Assembly (NCBI GenBank): GCA_021613535.1
Contig: CP075496.1
Location: 2,542,001 to 2,606,000, forward strand
Length of the DNA: 64,000 nt
Direction of reading: 5' to 3'
DNA from: Adineta vaga
Taxonomy: Eukaryota; Animalia; Rotifera
Each line of letters begins with the position of its first letter. Within the stretch, counting starts at the first letter, position 1. The notes under the pieces were generated by a model. That model was not told the origin of the DNA. It saw nothing but the letters and a program-made list of their open reading frames with translations, and did not search any database. Both the position numbers and the translations under genes were made by a program. Below, piece after piece: positions 1 through 12,000 of this stretch.

Positions 1-494
1 TTGAAAATGGCCAATGGAAAAAAAAGAGAAAATTTCTTCGTTGTATTTTTTACTAAAAAATAAGTGATCACATTGAATTACCAAGAGTGCGAATGAACAT
101 ATTCTATTAAACTAATTTCTTCCTTTTTCTGCAAAACTATGTTGATATTGCTTATCAATGCCAGCAATTATGGTTAATTGGTAGACCTCGACGTCGTTGA
201 ATAATCTTTCAACTTCTAACTAGAAAAGGACTTCGTTATATACATATATATGTATATATAAAACAATGATTTATCCACAACAATTTCCTAAATTTCAATA
301 AAACGTTTTTTTTTATTTTTCTTTCGGTAAAACGACATGTTAGTATTATTTTACACACGATCTAATGATCACTCGGCTCTTGCTTTTGTTCTCAACTCAA
401 GAGTAGAGACAAAAAACGAAGAAGAAAGAATGCTTTTTAAACAATAATTTAACAAAGGAAAAAGAAAGCGAGATGAAATTCGAAACATTTATTT

Positions 495-2397
495 TCAATC
501 TGCTTCGACTTCAATGGCTTGTTGATATTCTGCGCGACATTTCGGACAAATTTTCGCTGATCTACTTTCATAATCAATCTTACACTTCGTACAAAAAATC
601 ATATGTCCACATGGTATAAGTACACAAGTTGCTTTTGCATCATAACAAATTGTACAACGATCAGAATCATCATCCTCTCCATTATCATCTGTTCGATTCG
701 TTAAACTTGTTGTAGTACTTGATTCTGTTGATAAAACATTCTGTGCAACTAAACCAAACACAGAAAGAGCTGTAATACGCCCATTTAAAAATAAAAATGG
801 ATAAAATGTTTGATTAAGATCAGCGAATGTTAAAATTCGTGGTTGAGATATTGTATCATTATTTCGACATAATAGAATTTCTCCACTTGTTTTATCGAAT
901 AATATTCGATATTCATCAAGTTCACTTAATGTTTCATCAAAGGGTTCTTCACGTAGAAGCCAATATTCTTTACGATCAACTAAGGCTGCAGGATCATGCG
1001 CTGGTAAAGTTTCTAATTTGTCTGCAAATGTCGATGGACGAACGTTTGTAAAACCAAAGATTCCTCTATTCAGACAAATAAAATCATTAGATAGATAAAA
1101 AAATCTATTCTTACGGTGTTCGATAGTTAGGATCAATGGATAAAATGCGTATATAAAGCTCATCACCAGGTGCTAAAGGAAAATTTATAAATAAATAAGG
1201 TCGGACTAGTTTTTGCACACCTATAAAATAGAAAAACTCAATAGTTTATTTGTTTTTTATATTCATTTTTGAAAACATACGTTTCCGTAATGCGACTTTA
1301 TATTCACAATATAATTCTAATTCTGGACCATGAACATTACTGAATGTAACTGGTTGAAAACTGTCCGAATTCAAGTGCGAGAAATAACGAATTGGAAGTT
1401 TATCTGGTTTTTGAGGATATTTAGCGAATAAAGATTTACCATCGTCAGTGGTTTTAGGTGGTGTTGTAAATGTTACAGCTAGAAAAGACGAGATTTATTG
1501 TAAAATGAATACTTTGACTTCCTTCAATTTCAACGTATTATTCTATATTACATGCAGATAAAGAAGAAGAAAAAAAACTACCGGATAATATCTTCTCTTT
1601 TTTTCAAATTAACAAATCGGAAGTTCGATTAGAAAAAGATGAAATTATAAACTTCCTGTTGATTCCAATTAGAATTTCTCATGACGAATCTAAAAATATG
1701 TATTACTACTCAAACCAATCGATAATATTTACCTTTTACATTGCCATAGATATCAATAACTGCCCATAGAGGTTTTTTAAAATCAATTGCTTTTGATATG
1801 TCTTGTTCGCGTCCATCGAGAATAAAATAAGCGCCACTAAAACAAATCAATATGAAAAACTTTCTTTCTCTATGATTTGTTTTCATACTCAGGATTATAA
1901 TAAAAGATAATACAAAGTTGTTTTGTTAATGTTTCATAAAGACGTTTAACATAGGAACATTTATTAGTTGGACTAAGATTTGGTAATGCTGATTTTGGTA
2001 AATCTTCTTGTCGAATCGTATTTGGATCAACTTGAGTGAATCCTTTAATGAGAAGTATACATATAATAATAATCGTCTTCTTCTTCTGCTTCATTTTTAC
2101 CTATAGCTAATGAACCACACCATTGACGTGTTTCATCAACTTCAACAATTTTTAAATGTATACGTTCATTTATATTGACTGGTTTATCTGTGAATGTAAT
2201 ACCTGTGAGAGAGTTAGGAAAACACATGAAAGAAATGAAATGAAATGAAAATAAAGGAATTTACCATGATCAAAAGAAGTATATCTAACTGCTTTTGTTG
2301 CATTATTTTCTAATTTAATATTTTGTCCAAATGTTGTTTGATGAAAAGAAAATGTTGGTAAAGCAAGGTCATTGTTTGTTGTTGGTAATTGTGTCAT
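495..2397 (-). CDS. neur: Neuralized-like E3 ubiquitin ligase (two NHR/NEUZ domains plus C-terminal RING); multi-exon
   Basis: NHR1 motifs FHQTTFGQNIKL, ITFTDKPVNINERIHLKI, WCGSLAIGFTQVDP; NHR2 motif LVDRKEYWLL; C3HC4 RING CTICYD...IPCGHMIFCTKC...CPKCR. ATG at 2397. Confidence 0.85.
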
Positions 2398-2866
2398 CCT
2401 CAAAAAAATTGTATTTCTCTTACTCTATGAGCAAATGATCTCGTTTTTTTTCTAATTTTTATAAGTGGTTCGGTTTTTTCCTGTTTTAGTCAGTCAATCA
2501 AAAGTATCTGACTAAGGCTGATATTTATAACCATTCATTTTCATTCGTACATGTGGCGACCTCTTCAATCTATTTTACAAATAAAATTTTGTAATTAAAT
2601 ATCTTCATAAATTGATTCGATTTTATTTTCTCGTTTTTATGAAAGAAAAGGCAATTATTTTAAAATAATATTCATCGCTGATTATCTGATTGGATTTTAA
2701 ATTTCCCTAAGAAATAATAGTGTATCCTTAGTTCCAATACAAAACATCTATTATTCGTTGATTGTGTAAGTTTTCGATTTCGACCGGTCACCGTCAGTTG
2801 AACTACATATATTCAAACATTGTTTCTTTTCATCGAATATTTTCATTTAGATTTCTGATTAATATC

Positions 2867-3793
2867 ATGGCGACTAATGCATTTCAACCAGCCGGTAAGG
2901 ATTTCAAATGATTTGTAAAATTAGAAATTATCCTCTGTTTATTTCTGTAGCTGGTGGGGCTGCTCGAGGTGAAGCAAATCTTAGTGGCATGTCAAAACAA
3001 TATGCTGCACGTGATATGCCATCAAATAAGACATTAAAATATCGTGAAAAAGGTCAACATACACAAGATGAATTAAAATTAAAAGATCGAGAAGGTCTAC
3101 GTCGAGAACTTGAAGATCGTGAACGTAGTGTTCGTGATAAACAACAACCACAACGATCTTCATCCGATACAAAACGTATAACATCAGGTGGAACAATATC
3201 TAGTCGATCAAAACCATCGATAGCTCATGCCGAAATAAATATCGATGCCGAGTAATGTCTATGAAAATAAGGGAAACATTTTACCAAAATTTTAATTCTA
3301 TTTTAGTGATCCTCTTGATGAATCATCGTCTGATGAAGAAAGTACTTCACGTCATCAATCACGATTTAGTAAAAGTACTCAACCAACCCGTGCAATGAAC
3401 AATGAAGAAGATGAGAGTGGTGATGATGATGAAGACGACGACGATGACGATGAAGAAGACGATACAGCAGAATTAATGGCGGAATTAGCTCGTATAAAAA
3501 AAGAACGTGCAGCTGAAACCGCTCGAATTGAACAACTAAAACGTGTCGAAGAAGAACGAATTCGTACAGAAAATATTCTCAAAGGCAATCCATTATTAAA
3601 TCCTTCATCGAAAGCTGCAGCACAAGCAACAACAACTGAATTTCGTGTCAAACGTCGTTGGGATGACGATGTTGTTTTTAAAAATTGTGCGAAAGCAGAT
3701 GGTTCATCAGGTGAAAAGCGTGTTGCACAATTTGTTAATGATAGTTTACGTAGTGATTTTCATCGACGTTTTATGGATAAATATATCAAATAA
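2867..3793 (+). CDS. CWC15: Spliceosome-associated protein CWC15 (3 coding exons)
   Basis: [10 protein letters not shown]...LKYR, acidic tract, [61 protein letters not shown]. Confidence 0.95.
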
Positions 3794-3887
3794 ATATCGG
3801 TTTCTTTCTGTCTTTGTGTATATAAATAAACAACATTGAGAGGAACATTTGTTTGATTTCTATTTGAATAATATTTTTCTGTTGTAG

Positions 3888-4337
3888 ATGGAAAACACCG
3901 ACAATGATGTGAATATTAATGAATGTAATATTAATGAACTTTTACCAGCATTATTTAATCTGCAATCTCAACGTTGTCTTACTTATCAACGTCTTACAGA
4001 TGCACAACTAATATTTTTGAATACACATAATTTTCCGGCATTTCAAAATTTTCTTTCGGATATTACGGTCATCTTTGCACGAATATCTGAAGAAATTTTA
4101 GTGATTAAAAAACGTTTTGAATCGATAAAATTCATTTATAAACATATTGAACAATTACAAGATTATGAACAGAAAAAATTGCAATTAACGAACGATCTAT
4201 TTGTAGCACAAGTTGAGAAGAAGAATGAGGAAGTAGAAAAAATGAATGAGAAATTACTTGAACTTGTAGAAAATATCAATGAAATTCTCGAAGAATTACG
4301 TTATGATCAACAAGATTTTGTTCAATCTGCAAGCTGA
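3888..4337 (+). CDS. REX1BD: REX1-B domain-containing protein (single exon, 149 aa)
   Basis: Pattern LFNLQSQRCLTY...F..F...ITVIFARISEEI...IEQLQDYEQKKLQLT...INEILEELRY matches the REX1-B/C19orf60 family as I recall it. Confidence 0.7.
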   Translation: MENTDNDVNINECNINELLPALFNLQSQRCLTYQRLTDAQLIFLNTHNFPAFQNFLSDITVIFARISEEILVIKKRFESIKFIYKHIEQLQDYEQKKLQLTNDLFVAQVEKKNEEVEKMNEKLLELVENINEILEELRYDQQDFVQSAS

Positions 4338-4379
4338 ATTTATTTATTATTTTGTTGTCTCGTCTTTTTTTAGATTATC

Positions 4380-6519
4380 ATGTCTGCAATTACAACATTA
4401 AATCCAAAAGCTGAAAGTGCTCGTCAAGCACAAGCATTAGCTATTAATATATCAGCTGCCCGTGGTCTTGCTGAAATGCTTAAAACTAATTTAGGTCCAA
4501 AGGGAACAATGAAAATGTATGTGCTATTCAATTCTTCATTTCTATTTGACATCCATTCGATTTCTAGGCTTGTATCAGGTGCAGGTGATATTAAAATAAC
4601 TAAAGATGGCTGTACACTTCTTCATGAAATGGTTTGTATTAATGTTAAGTGAATTCATTGTTATATTTTCTTAAATTTAGCAAGTACAACATCCAACAGC
4701 ATCATTGATTGCTCGTGCGGCAACAGCACAGGATGATATTACAGGTGATGGAACAACTTCAATTGTACTTTTAATTGGTGAACTTCTTAAACAAGCTGAT
4801 ATTTATATAGCCGAAGTAAATGATAAAGAATAAAAATAATAATCGTATATATATATATATATATGAATTTGTTTCAAGGGTCTTCATCCACGTATTGTTG
4901 GTGAAGGTTTTGAATTAGCTAAAAAGGAAGCTTTACAAATACTTGATCAAGTGAAAATTCCCATCAAACAAGATCGTGAAACACTTATTCAAATTGCTCG
5001 TACTTCATTACGTACAAAATTAACTACTGAAAATGCTGATGTTCTCACTGATGTTCGTAGATTTACTTGTCAATATTTTCTATCGCCATCATTTTCTCTA
5101 TGTAGATTGTCGTTGATGCTGTATTAGTTTTACATGAATCTGGCAAACCAACGGATTTAAATATGGTTGAAATCATGGAAATGCAACATCGAACTGAAGG
5201 TGATTCTCGACTTGTACGTGGTATTGTTCTTGATCATGGTGGTCGACATCCATCAATGCCAAAATCACTTAAAAATGCTTATATTCTTACTTGCAACGTC
5301 TCGCTTGAATATGAGAAAACGTAACTAATTTGTGTTGATAAAAAACGAATTGATTTTAAACTTCGAATGATTTTGTTTTGTTTCAGAGAAGTCAATGCTG
5401 GTTTCTTCTATAAGAATGCCGAAGAACGTGATCGTCTCGTTACATCAGAACGTAAATTTATTGATGATCGTGTGCAAAAAATAGTTGAATTAAAACGAAA
5501 AGTTTGTTCGGGTGATGACAAAAACAAGACATTCGTTGTTATCAATCAAAAAGGCATCGATCCATTTTCATTGGATGTCTTAGCTAAAGAAGGAATCTTA
5601 GCATTACGACGTGCCAAACGTCGAAATATGGAACGTTTGACTTTAGCTTGTGGTGGTGACGCCATGAAGTAAGAAAATGAAACTAAACGATTTCAATATT
5701 TATTCATTTATTTGAATGTATCGTTTTTAGTTCAGTTGAAAACTTAACAAAAGAATGTCTTGGCTATGCTGAAGATGTTTATGAACATGTTCTAGTATGT
5801 ATTATATCTTTCATGAATAAAGACTTGATTGGTATCTAATTTTGTTTAGGGTGAAGAAAAATTTACATTTATTGAAGGTTGTAAAAATCCAAAATCAGTC
5901 ACAGTACTACTCAAAGGTTCAACTAAATACATATTAAATCAACTTAAAGATGCACTTCGTGATGGTCTTCGATCAGTTACAAATGCACTTGAAGATGGTT
6001 TGTTCGATATTTTTTCTTTAACATTTCATATTTTGAATGAATATCCTCTCGTGTTTTTTTCAGGTTGTGTAATTGCTGGTGGTGGTGCTTTTGAAATCGT
6101 TGCTCATCATGCACTTACTCAATATAAAGATCAAGTCAAAGGACGAGCACGTTTAGGTGTTCAAGCTTTTGCTGAAGCATTATTAATCATCCCAAAAGCT
6201 ATTGCTCAAAATGCAGGACATGATCAACAAGAAACAATTGTTAAACTTCAACAAGAATATGCAACATCGAAACTTCCCGTCGGTATTGATGTTACTACAG
6301 GTATATTTCAATAATTCATTTTCATAGATTGATAAATATTGTTTGAAACTTTTCCATATTTAAGGTGAAGCAATGGAACCAAAATCGTTAGGTATTTATG
6401 ATAATTATCGTGTGAAAAAACAATTGATTCATTCAAGTACATCCATTGCAACAAATTTAATTCTTGTCGATGAAATTCTCCGTGCTGGTTTATCATCGTT
6501 ACGTCCAGGTGGACAATAA
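4380..6519 (+). CDS. CCT6: T-complex protein 1 subunit zeta; multi-exon
   Basis: [63 protein letters not shown]; stop at 6517-6519. Confidence 0.97.
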
Positions 6520-6889
6520 TCTCTTTAGTATTAACTGATCCGTGTGTGTTTGTAGTTTGATATATACGTACATGACAGAGAATGACAATGTCGTGTTTTT
6601 TTAGGACTAATTTTTACACACTAAAAAAAGCAACAGAACAATACTCGTTTTTCTTTTTCATTTATTCTTTCTTTCTAAACTATTGTTGTGTTTTCTTTTT
6701 CTTGTTATTCGAATGTTTTTTTAACTACGTTGAAATAAACAGACGAACAAGTTTAACTCTTCAAATTCGTACTTCTTGGCCTATATTATAGACTATTTCT
6801 TCTCCTCCAATCGATGTTTTGCTGTTTTACTATGATTCATCTATCTAAGTAGGCAGAAGACAATATTTATATAGATCATTTTTACAGAT

Positions 6890-8720
6890 ATGTCTTCGAT
6901 AGAGTTTACATTATTTGCACCGACTATTGTTCAAGCTACTTTAATTGGTTCATTTTCGGAATGGAAAGATATTCCAATGTTACTTGATCATGGAACATTT
7001 CGTTGTTCCGTAGAACTTACAGATGGTAATTATGAATATAAATTTCGTATTCAACGACATAACGAAGAGAATCGGATCGATATTATTGATCCGTATGTAA
7101 CAAAATATGATCCAACGAGAAAAACAGGGATAATAACAATAAAAAATGGTCAAAAAATCTTAGATGAATATACATGGAAATATGATGATGTCAAATTACC
7201 GGAGAATAAAGATTTGATTATCTATGAAATGTATATAGCTGATTTTGCTGCTGATGGAAAATTTTCTGGTGTCATTGAAAAATTAGATTATCTATGTGAT
7301 TTAGGTATTAATGCAATTGAATTAATGCCAGTACTAGGTAAAGTTGTTTCTTATTCATTTTTATGATCTTCGATGATTGTTGTTTTCGTTCGAATATAGA
7401 ATCAATGGATTTAAATCATGATTGGGGTTATTCTACGAGACATTTCTTTGCATTAAAAGCTAGTTATGGTTCAACTGAAGATTTTAAACGATTAATTGAT
7501 GAATGTCATCAACGAAAAATTCGCGTTATTTTCGATGCAGTATTTAATCATACGTCAACGGATTGTCCTCTTGAAATGATCGATCATGATTATTGGGTAA
7601 ACTAAATTTTGATTTATTTAATTTAACTATTTTATGTTTTTAGTATTACAAAGACAGACATCACCCAGAAGGTAATAAAAAAGAAGATACGCCTTACTTT
7701 TTTCATATTCATAGATGTCTTTATAGATTCATGCTATTGGGGTCCGGAACTTAATTATGAATATTTTGATGAACAACAAAACATAAAACCAGCATGGAAA
7801 TTTGTTTCGGATGTAGTACGATTTTGGATTGGTGAATTTCATTTAGATGGTATTCGTTTTGATGCTGGTAAATATTCAAGTCATGTCCTTTTTTAATACA
7901 TTTTCTCTGTTATTCTCTAGCTAAACAGATGGATAATTATGACGTTCTTCGTGAACTAGATAGTATTGCACGATCTACTCGAACTTCTCAACCATTTTAT
8001 ACAGCTGCTGAATATGTACCAGAAACTCCAACAATTCTTAAATCAAATGGTGGTCCTGTTGATGCATGTTGGTCAAGTTCATTTCATGGTGTAATGGCAA
8101 ATAATTTCACTGATCTTTCAAAACTTGAACTTGATCTTTTCAAATATATTATTAGTGCATGTGATCTTATTAATTACTTATCATGTCATGATAATGAACG
8201 TTTTCTTTTTATACTGGGCAAAAATGGCAATATATTCGATGATAATGCTTTCATACGTATGCGATTAGCAATGATTATTTTGGTTACGTCAGTTAGTGTA
8301 CCATTTATAACACAAGGTGATGAATTTGGTGAAGCAAGAGAATGGGGCAGTGAAGGTCAAAATACAAAAGAATTTCCAATGCAATGGGATTTATTAAAAA
8401 ATGAACGAAATCGATCTCTATTTGACACATGCAAGAAACTTTTCGATTTACGAAAAAAACGTGGAGAAATGACAGAAAAGATTGCTAACTTTATCTATGA
8501 ACATTATGATAATCGTGTTCTTGTTTATGCACGAAGTAATGAATTAGTTATTGCTACACATTTGTCTGATGATGAGAAAAATGATTATGAAATTAATAAT
8601 TTTCCTCAAAATGGTAAATGGATCGATTGGTTATCAAATGAAGAATATCAAATAGATAATAATACATTAAAAGTGAATTTAAAAGCATTCGATGGAAAAG
8701 TTCTTATTTTTCAAAAATAA
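6890..8720 (+). CDS. GH13 alpha-amylase-family enzyme with N-terminal CBM48-like domain, bacterial (cyanobacterial)-type; 5 exons
   Basis: IEFTLFAP...GSFSEW, IYEMYIADF, LDYLCDLGINAIELMPV, WGY, IFDAVFNH, DGIRFDAAKQ (nucleophile), AAEYVPE (acid/base), YLSCHDN. Introns 7338-7399, 7597-7643, 7672-7726 and 7868-7920 all restore the frame. Confidence 0.9.
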
Positions 8721-9005
8721 CTATTCATTTTCTTTATTGTACTCGTAGTATATATAGTTAATAAATGATTTTCATGAAAATGATTATTGACGAAGTGCGC
8801 CATCTGTGTGTGTTCAATAATTGATGAATTTGAAAGAGAAAAATTTTTTTTTTCTCAAAAGAATTATTAGAAATACAAATTAATTTCTAAAAGACAAGAA
8901 TATTTATCTTATTTATTTAATATAAACGTTGTTAACGATCACTAAGAGAACAGATAATGTTACTATCATATTGTTGCTTAGTTTCCATTTCGTGATTCAC
9001 TCAAA

Positions 9006-12000
9006 ATGATGGAAGCAGTGAGCAACTGGCTTGACCGCGCAGCTCGAACCTCGCTTGATATACCTCATCCAGCTGATATTGATCCTCAAAAAACCCTTGC
9101 TGATGGCAAAAATACGGGAGCTAATCTTGGAGATGTCAACAATATTGTTCCCTTTCGAATTTTGATCAAATCCCTTGAACTTTTACCATCATCCGTTTCA
9201 TCTGTATGTTATTATCAATGCGATCGAATATTTTATGTTTGTTTCTATGAAATACGTACTTTTAGACACTTGCTGCTCCATATGAAGTGCAATTTACTGC
9301 AACATTATTCGATAATTTGTATAAACGCTTCTATGGACAAACATGGTTGAGTGCATGGCACCGTGGAAAACTTTCTACCGATAGTTTTTTTCGCGTCAAT
9401 CTTAGTGAAGTATTGACAAGAAACTTTTATATCTTAAATAAAATACAAATCTTGTTTTTAGCCATTATATTGTCATATACCATTGAAAAATGATCAGAAC
9501 TGCCTAGTTATTCAATTAGTCTTTCGTAGTGGAGAAGATCGAGAAGATCGAGACGAACTTGTCGGTGGTTGGACAGTAATTAAATTAAAACCATGGACTG
9601 CTGATGATGATATTACAAAAGCGATTAGTACTCGGTAATAATATTATCGAAATTAAACTTTGAAAAATATTTATATTTGAATTCAATAAATTATTTTAGT
9701 CATCCATTCTATCAAGGTTCACCACGTGCCCTTATGTTTCTTAATGAACCAATTGAACGTAAATTTAATTCAGAAATTTTTATTGAAACAACATTAGTTT
9801 TCATTTTGTTTTTAGAATGTCAAAAAGTTTTACAAGTACCATCTGCTGGTTTATTTACTGAAGTCAAGTATCATGATCCCTTATTTTCTGTTTTACAATA
9901 TATACCTGAATGTACTCTTTTCGGTCGAGGGGCTAATATCGGTGGTATTTATTTTTCTGGTGATCAAAGTAATTGAATGAGATGGATTTTTTGTTGCGAA
10001 TTATTTATTTGATATTGTTCTGTTTTTTTCACATATGTAGATGAAGATGTTTTAAGACAACCAGCTTTACAAACAAATCGAAGGAATATTTTAATTGAAC
10101 AAATGGAAATTGATATAGAACCATCGATTAGTACATTTGAAGAAGAACTTTGTGTTATGATTAATAAAGATCGTATGGAAAAGAAGAAATTATCACAAAC
10201 GACAACAACAGCACAAGTAACTCAAGAAGTACAGAAAGTTTCAATTGTTGAACGACGTTTACGTGTAAGTCATATTTCGAAATTATCGACAAAACAAATT
10301 TAATCTGATTATATAGGTTGGCATACACAATGGACAATGTTATGTTCAAGATCCACTTGTTTTCTATTTAACATCTGAACAAGAAGATACAGGAATGTCA
10401 TCATTATCAAGAAAATTAAGTTTTAGACAATCACAACGACGAAGAACAATGTCCGCTGACAGGTATGAACAATTCTCAAGCGTTTTGTCTTTGGATTTCA
10501 TTCATAAAAATTTGTAGTCGAGTGGGTGTGACGGATGATCGCAAACGACTCTATTTAAGAAATCCAATTCGATTAGATGATGTTCCTATTGATGATATTA
10601 ATGCGATTGTATTCGTTTTGGAATATATGGTTTCCATACCAGTGGGTACTCCTGTAAAACCGGTAGGTTATACTGATCGAATTGATTTGAATTTTGATTC
10701 TACTGAATGTATGATTTGATAGAATCAACCAGTTGAAAATACAAAAGTTACATTTACGATTCGTTGGTCAGCTTGGTTTCCAGGGAAAGATAAACAAGTT
10801 GTTTTGATTATGTATGGTGGTGATACTTTACCAAGTGATGAATTGTTTGTGTATAAACCATCAAAAACAGTTTTGCATAATAAGCCGGATCTTATTCAAG
10901 AAACTTTACGATTTAATTATAGATTCGATAATGAGGTACAATATAACGATATTCTATACAATGACGAGACAATTTAAATTATATTTTCTCGTTTAGCCAC
11001 CAGTACGATATCAAACAACGACTATGAGATCAGATATAATGACACCTACTATTCAAAAGTAATTTATATAGATCAATAACTTATATATATATATATATAT
11101 AAATTGCTTTTAGACCTATTGTTCCACTTGATACTAGCTTTACAACATCAATGAGCTATGATGGTCTACGTCGAACAGGTAATAACGAAACAAACACATC
11201 TATTTTTTATAATCAAAAATCTGTTTTAGCTGTACCACCTCAAACTATTCCTTCAGCTATTCAACCACCTATTTATCATCAAGCGGTAGAACCAATGAAA
11301 ATATTTTTCTACGAAATATTTATTTGATTTTTATTCCGATAGAATTTAGTACCGTGGCAAACTGATGGTGTCTATCCAGCTTATTCACCAATGTCTGCAT
11401 TAGCCAATCAAATGACATTGTAAATTAATTTTAATTGATTTGATTTCAATAAGGAATCTGCTTTTTTCTTCTATAGTGCACATACATTATCACGTGCTGC
11501 TTATTCTCGTCTTCAAGGTCAAGGATTTCCAACAATTAAAACAATTAATGATAAAGAAGCCGAAGTGATTGATATTCGACAAGCACGTTTTCTTGATTTA
11601 CAAACAGAAATGGCTGATCCAATGAATTGTAATCAAATTAATTTACATTTTCTCTCTTATTTTAAGTAAAAAGATTTTCTATGAGAAATTCTTTCATCAA
11701 CCAATTTTCATTTTAGAATGACCCGACCTGGCATGTCATCAAAATCAACATATCCAAAGAGTATCTTCTTTACTTTTAAATTCTATCGTTTTCCAGAAAC
11801 AACAACTAGCAGGTTTGAACGAATTCATGAATATCTTTGAATTTCTATCGGATATTTTGTAGAGTAATGTTGGAACGTATGCATGATACGATTTCTAATG
11901 ATCCAAATATTGAACCATATATTCTATGGCGTTTGAAAGAAGACAGTACAAAGACATCTGGTCTACCAGGATTACCAGTATGTTAGAAAGACAAGGAAAA

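Noticed and set aside
2722-2729. GTATCCTT, a U12-type donor consensus upstream of CWC15
   Set aside because: No TCCTTAAC-like branch point downstream; an ordinary GTAAG donor at 2766 better explains the acceptor at 2850.
8972-8986. RFX X-box-like GTTGCTTAGTTTCC upstream of ciliary gene NPHP4
   Set aside because: Only one half-site matches; not distinguishable from chance without conservation data.
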